Translations under genes and position numbers: made by a program | Source of the DNA: Octopus vulgaris | Lineage: Eukaryota | Assembly: GCA_951406725.2 (NCBI GenBank) | Contig: OX597818.1 | Coordinates: forward strand, 40,982,001-41,046,000 | DNA: 64,000 nt | Direction of reading: 5' to 3' | Part shown: piece by piece, positions 55,484-64,000 of the stretch | How the letters are laid out: each line of letters begins with the position of its first letter | How positions within the stretch are numbered: position 1 is the first letter of the stretch | Notes under the pieces: model-generated | Told to the model about the DNA's origin: nothing | What the model saw: the letters and a program-made list of their open reading frames with translations, nothing else | Databases searched by the model: none

Positions 55484-56644
55484 TATATATAAAAGATGTA
55501 CTTCTATTGCATGGCATAGTTTGTTTGTTGGCTGCGTCACTTCCGTATATCTGAACTATAATTAACTTTACTTTAGCTGGCAATAGGATAAGTACTGGTC
55601 AAGCCTTGTTGTCGATTTATTGGATAATATTTCTCACCTAAAACTGAGAGAAAATTATTATTATCAATGAAGACCGATGAAAATATCAGTTGAGTATCGG
55701 CTGAAACTACTTGTATTTAGTTCCGTATTTAGTTTCACTCAATTCCGCTAGGGTTAACTTGATTTTTCGTCCTTAAGAGATCGATAAAATAAACCACATG
55801 TAAAACCGACCATGCGCTTTCCTCAAAAATAGCTTTATGTTTTTGATAGAAACTACTGCTACAGTTACGTTAGTGCGCTGATGCCTTGTGGTATTCATTC
55901 CCAACCTTTTGTGATCAGAGATCAAATCAAGCCGAGGCTGACTTCACATTCTTATTTTTCTGGCTTCAGTAAAATAAAGTGCCAGGCATGTGCCAGGGGT
56001 AATACAATTGACGACAATCTCCTATAAATTTGTAAGAAATTAGAATTCTTATTCTCATTCGAAAAGATGGATGATGGGGAGAAGAATGATTGCGATTTCT
56101 TGCAGCATTTTAGGTACAATATCTTAAACTCGAACATGAATTCCAAGTATGAAAATTATTAGTATTTGTTATTGTTGTTGTTGTTGTTGTTGTTACTGCT
56201 GCTGCAGTTGTCATATATCCACAGTTTAACCCCACTCGAGCAAACTGACAACAAAGGGATTCCTACCGTGACACCACTCACCACCTTTTTCTTTTTACAT
56301 CCAGGACTAATTTATGGAATATATCGTTTTCTTTTTTGTTTATTGTTTATTTTTTTGTCGTTTTTTGTTTGATTTTTTTTTTAAAGCAGTAGAGTATTAT
56401 TTATTAGAAGAATTTGGCTACTCTTTCTTGCAGACTTTGAAAACAAAGTGGGAGTTGACCCCACCCCACCCTCACCTCATAGGCTTGTGACTACCACTAG
56501 TCACAAGTCTAGTTAGAGGAGGGATATCGGTAAATTCTACTGCGACTCAGCACCTCCACCCCCGCCCACCTCTTCCTAAATATAGGTGGTCTTATACCAA
56601 AATTAGAAATCATTAATTATTAACGATTCTTTATCCTAATCGAT

Positions 56645-56775
56645 AATGCGTAACCTCCCACCGTTCTTGGTAAATGTCTCCTTTTAATGTCCCTATCATT
56701 CATAGCCCTTGTAGCAAATAAAGAAACACCCAATTATTATTATTACTATTATTATTATTATCATTATTATTTTTA

Positions 56776-56822
<47 letters not shown>

Positions 56823-56838
56823 GTTATTATTATTATAA

Positions 56839-56869
<31 letters not shown>

Positions 56870-56954
56870 TATTACTATTATTGTTATTACTATTATTATT
56901 ATTATTATTATTGTTATTATTGTTATTATCATTATTATTATTATTATTATTATC

Positions 56955-57007
<53 letters not shown>

Positions 57008-57032
57008 CATTATTATTATTATTATTATTATT
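56645..57032 (+). mobile_element. LINE 3'-end stub followed by a ~300-bp (ATT)n tract
   Basis: tgtccctatcattcatagcccttgtagcaaataaagaaa resembles 23160-23195; (ATT)n spans 56732-57032. Confidence 0.6.
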
Positions 57033-57529
57033 AGCAGTAGGGAGATGCGTGTAGCAAATGGATTGTGCTTTTCTGAGACGTTCTCATAACATGAAATGTG
57101 GCACACCCACTCCATTATGAACGGAACCAATTGAAAGCTCAATTTTAATGAAGGTGGCGTCAGGTAAAAATAAATTTCCTACCTGACTACTAGCATTTTT
57201 TCTTTAAGAAGGTAAGGAAAGAGACGTTAGATATTTTTTTTTCTTTATTTCTTTCTTCACAATCATATATTATATTTTTCAAATTCCACCCCCTCGACGT
57301 AGCGTGATTCTTGTAATCGTATTCGCATATATTTCAAGAAAGAGTCTACTGTAGGTTTTTAAGTATGTATGAGAGAGAGATGGGGGGGGGTCGATAGCAG
57401 GGAGAGATAGAGGAGGGCTGGGGGACAGGTGCAATGTGAGCCTATAATATATAAAATTCAAGGTATCCTGAAAGAGATTAATTATTGAAAATAAACATTT
57501 AATTTTAGAATTACATATTCCATGTTTAT

Positions 57530-59910
<2,381 letters not shown>

Positions 59911-61391
59911 GAGGAGAGGGGAAGAGAGAATAACAGTCCTTGTTTTCTATTTTATCCTTTATATATAACAGTAATGGCTTAGTAATTTCTACCCTTACAA
60001 ATGTCTCCTACAACACTGTGACACCACTATGAATACTAGCACACATATTCTTGTCCACAAACCATCACAGACGAATTTTTAGAATCCTTATACATACTAT
60101 ACTACAATAAAACAATAGCGATCCTGCCTATTGCTTATCAACTGCTAAATATAGCAACCAAATGTGTCGACCTCAAATCATTGTTTATCTGCCTTGTTAA
60201 ATAAAAGGATACATTGGATAACGCCATCATGATTGCCCAAGACGGCCATGATTGAAATTATTTAATCTTAAGCCTTCTGGTCAGGATGGTGTTCCTGGGG
60301 TTACATGACTACAATAATAACTATAAATTTTGCAAACTTCGTATCAGGTAGACCATGCAAATTCATAATGTGGTTGGATTCTGGTTTAAATTATTTATGT
60401 AATGTATGCAAGAGAGCCAAACCAGTTCTATATATGGTTAGGTGCACCTATGAAAACTAGCCCACTCACTCACACAAAGTGACAATACGTGGGAGGACGA
60501 TGATTTAGACGAGGTAGCGGGGGAGGGTGCATTGTTGCAGTTTGTAGCTAAAGTCTCCTTCACAGCATACATCTAGGAAAGTCACCTTCAATTCTATTAT
60601 CATATTTCATTAGTTCATCAAAGCCATGAATTTCTCAAACACTCGCTTCTGCTTTTCACTCCCTCTCTATCTCTCTTTATCAATGCCTCTCTCTCTCTCC
60701 CCCTCTCTCTATCACTGACTCTCTCTCCTCCTCTCTTTCTATACTGATTCTTTCTCTCTCACCCTCTCTCTCTCTCTCTTTCTACCTCTTAATCTTTCTA
60801 TTTGCCTCACATGCTCATTTATTCAATACATACCCGCTTCACTAAATTCTCTCTCCCTCTTTTTCTTTCACTCTCACACAGTATCCCCCCCCCCTCTTGG
60901 TCTCTCTAATGATCTGATTTTCTATCAGTCTAGCTTTCTCTCAGTCTACTGGAGAATATCTGTCTGTCTTTCTGTGAGTCTGATTGGCTGTCTGACTGGC
61001 TGAAAGTCTGCCGGTGTTCAACATTCTAATGTCACCTTGATTATGTTTGGCCTAGAAGAGGAATATGCTATTTTGTTATTGTTGAAGTTATTTTTGATCA
61101 TGTGATTGATTTTGGGGTGGTAAAAGTTTTAGGCGTTGGTGATGGTGTCCATGTTGGTTATGGTGTTGGGGCTGGTTATTTTGTGTAGGAGGCAGGTAGC
61201 TACACTCACGCTACACGCTACACTCATCTGCAACACCATAATATTCTGTTGTAGATTAAACTGTCTTTCATGTAAAACATTATAAGATATATAATATATA
61301 AAATGTGTTCACATACGTATCTATAAGTTTGTAAGAACGCATGCATCGATATAGGTATACAGACATACGTAAGCACATATGTATGTGTATG

Positions 61392-61443
<52 letters not shown>

Positions 61444-61737
61444 TGTGTGTGTGTGTGTGCTGAAATCCATACGTGTGCAATTGTATGTGCGTCGTGTGTA
61501 TGAGTGAAAGGAAAGTATTCACAGGAGCATGTGAAATAAGTTCATATACATTCATAAAAATGTAGGTGTGTTGTGTTTTCTTGAATCCTTAAGTTTTCTG
61601 CAGGTAACATACAAATTCCCTACACAGGTCACAAACGCACAAAACTCACACAAATGTATATGCATTTTCCTTATTTACGCATATAGAAATATAAATGTCG
61701 AGATAGGTTAGATAGCTAGATAGTCAGATAGGGGGGG

Positions 61738-61768
<31 letters not shown>

Positions 61769-61918
61769 ATTTTCATTCGAATAGCTATCCACATATACAG
61801 TGTGCCCGCCGAAATTTTATAACCCAAACATTATCACAACTGCAAACACATTTTCTTTTAAATTCTGTTCGACATAAGTATATGCATATGCATATATATA
61901 TATATATATATATATACG

Positions 61919-61950
<32 letters not shown>

Positions 61951-61974
61951 TGTATGTATATATATATATATATG

Positions 61975-62010
<36 letters not shown>

Positions 62011-62282
62011 CTATTATATATATATATATACACGTATATATACATATGTATATATAACTATACATACATATATATATATGTATATTACACTTTATCTATA
62101 TTCTAGACCAAGTATGTGTGTGTGTGCACATATACGTATATACATGCATGTATATATGTACGCACTCAAACACATACATATATATATACACATACATATA
62201 TACACTTACATGCATATATATATATATAAACCTACATTATTTTAATTCCATTTTTCTCCTATTATATATGCGCATATATACA

Positions 62283-62354
62283 TATATATATTTGTGTTTG
62301 TTTATACACACACATATATATATATATGTGTGTATGCATATGTATGTATATAAG

Positions 62355-62406
<52 letters not shown>

Positions 62407-62412
62407 TTTATT

Positions 62413-62466
<54 letters not shown>

Positions 62467-62740
62467 CATACTCAGTCTCAATTTTGTTCTAATTTTATCT
62501 TTTCTTTTCCAATATCCCTATTTTTTTATTCTAACGCACTGGTCTATCATTTAATCTGGGCACATACAACTTAGTAGACTCCATCTAAGAATTTTATTCC
62601 GAAATATTATCAGGCTGTGGACGACTAAATTACAACAGGTATATAGCCCATAGTTTGTATTATAGTGCATTGTTGTACCATTCAAAACTTTTTATTCTTT
62701 ACAGACAATACACAATGCTTCAAGCGAACTACAATACTCT

Positions 62741-62789
<49 letters not shown>

Positions 62790-63072
62790 AGAGTATTGTA
62801 GTTCGCTTGAAGCATTGTGTATTGTCTGTAAAGAATAAAAAGTTTTGAATGGTACAACAATGCACTATAATACAAACTATGGGCTATATACCTGTTGTAA
62901 TTTAGTCGTCCACAGCCTGATAATATTTCGGAATAAAATTCTTAGATGGAGTCTACTAAGTTGTATGTACCCAGACTAAATGATGGACCAGTGCGTTAGT
63001 ATAATAACTTAGGGATATTGGAAAAAAAGATAAAATTAGAACAAAATTGAGACTGAGTATGTATGATGTATG

Positions 63073-63106
<34 letters not shown>

Positions 63107-63118
63107 AATAAATGCGTA

Positions 63119-63175
<57 letters not shown>

Positions 63176-63248
63176 CTTATATACATACATATGCATACAC
63201 ACATATATATATATATATGTGTGTGTATAAACAAACACAAATATATAT
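62283..63248. repeat. ~1-kb palindrome centred on (TA)n
   Basis: 62562-62743 and 62787-62968 are exact reverse complements (182 bp). The arms continue outward with several differences. Confidence 0.95.
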
Positions 63249-63344
63249 CTATATATATATAGAATAAAAAGTTTTGAATGGTACAACAATGCACTATAAT
63301 TCAGACAATAGGCTATATACCTGTTGTAATTTAGTCATCCATAA

Positions 63345-63386
63345 TCTGATAATATTTCGGAATAAAATTCCTTCTTCAGATAGTCT
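63345..63386 (-). ncRNA. Minimal hammerhead motif in a third copy of the palindrome-arm sequence (family HH-I)
   Basis: Minus strand gactat-CUGAAGA-A-GGAAU(UUU)AUUCC-GAAAU-AUU-atcag. Core and stem II are intact; stem I is weak. Confidence 0.6.
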
Positions 63387-63554
63387 TAGATGAAGTCGCT
63401 GCTATAAATGGAAATAAGAATTTTTCAAAACATCTTTTTTAGTTTGATTATTAGTTTTCCAGGAAATCGAAACATTTTTTTTTTCAGATAAAGTTTTTAT
63501 GTACGTATGTATATTACACTTTATCTATATTCTAGACCAAATACACACGCAAAC

Positions 63555-63603
<49 letters not shown>

Positions 63604-63605
<2 letters not shown>

Positions 63606-63811
63606 CGAGTGGATGCCGAAAAGTTCCTGGTTTTAAGTTTAAAAAATGTAGTAGGATCAAATAATTATGATTTTATTCAACATATTCCACTCTCAGATTC
63701 ACACACTTATTATAGCGGTCCTTCAGTTCTTCTAAGCCCTGTAAAAGAACTCGGAAGGTTGGCCTCCAACTAGGGTTTTCGCGACACTTTTAAAGTCAGG
63801 AACTTTTCCGC
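63604..63811 (-). mobile_element. Internally deleted mariner element (MITE-sized)
   Basis: Inverted ends gccgaaaagttcctggtttt and aaagtcaggaacttttccgc. Minus strand encodes QGLEELKDRYNKCVNLRVEYVE*, like a mariner transposase C-terminus. Confidence 0.8.
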
Positions 63812-64000
63812 TGAGGGCTGAAGAAGGGCTAAATGCGATTCCTGGAAGGATTTACACATGATGATAAGAGTAGGAGACCCCTAAGCCAAGTAGACTCCGA
63901 TCCAGCAGATCCCTGATCAGCTCATCCTGTACGATTCATACATATTACTTAATTCTTTCTCTATTTTAACGCCACTATCTTGTCCCCGTGTTGCTTCGGC

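Noticed and set aside
56481-56510. 13-bp hairpin aggcttgtgacta/tagtcacaagtct
   Set aside because: Short and isolated; no TSD, family or function could be assigned.

Overview
AT-rich, microsatellite-saturated eukaryotic non-coding DNA, probably intronic. The SINE families and the density of (TA)n/(GATA)n/(TATG)n/(ATT)n suggest an octopus/cephalopod genome (inference). There is no intact protein-coding gene; almost every ORF in the track is a translated microsatellite. Recognisable content: several tRNA-derived SINE families (some with target-site duplications), 5'-truncated LINE remnants (RTE-like, L1/Tx1-like, CR1-like), two internally deleted mariner elements, a Tc2-like MITE nested in a SINE, Helitron/Helentron-like elements, and two small plus-strand candidate exons about 40.7 kb apart. 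The most striking signal is a set of sequence-unrelated short repeats sitting in or next to microsatellites that carry minimal type-I hammerhead ribozyme motifs with a palindromic stem III (best copy at 44932-44979). Several form inverted repeats, including a ~1 kb palindrome at 62283-63248 and a fold-back that starts exactly at a predicted ribozyme cleavage site (46558). This fits Penelope-like/retrozyme-type non-autonomous retroelements. All alignments were made by eye; boundaries of degenerate elements are approximate.
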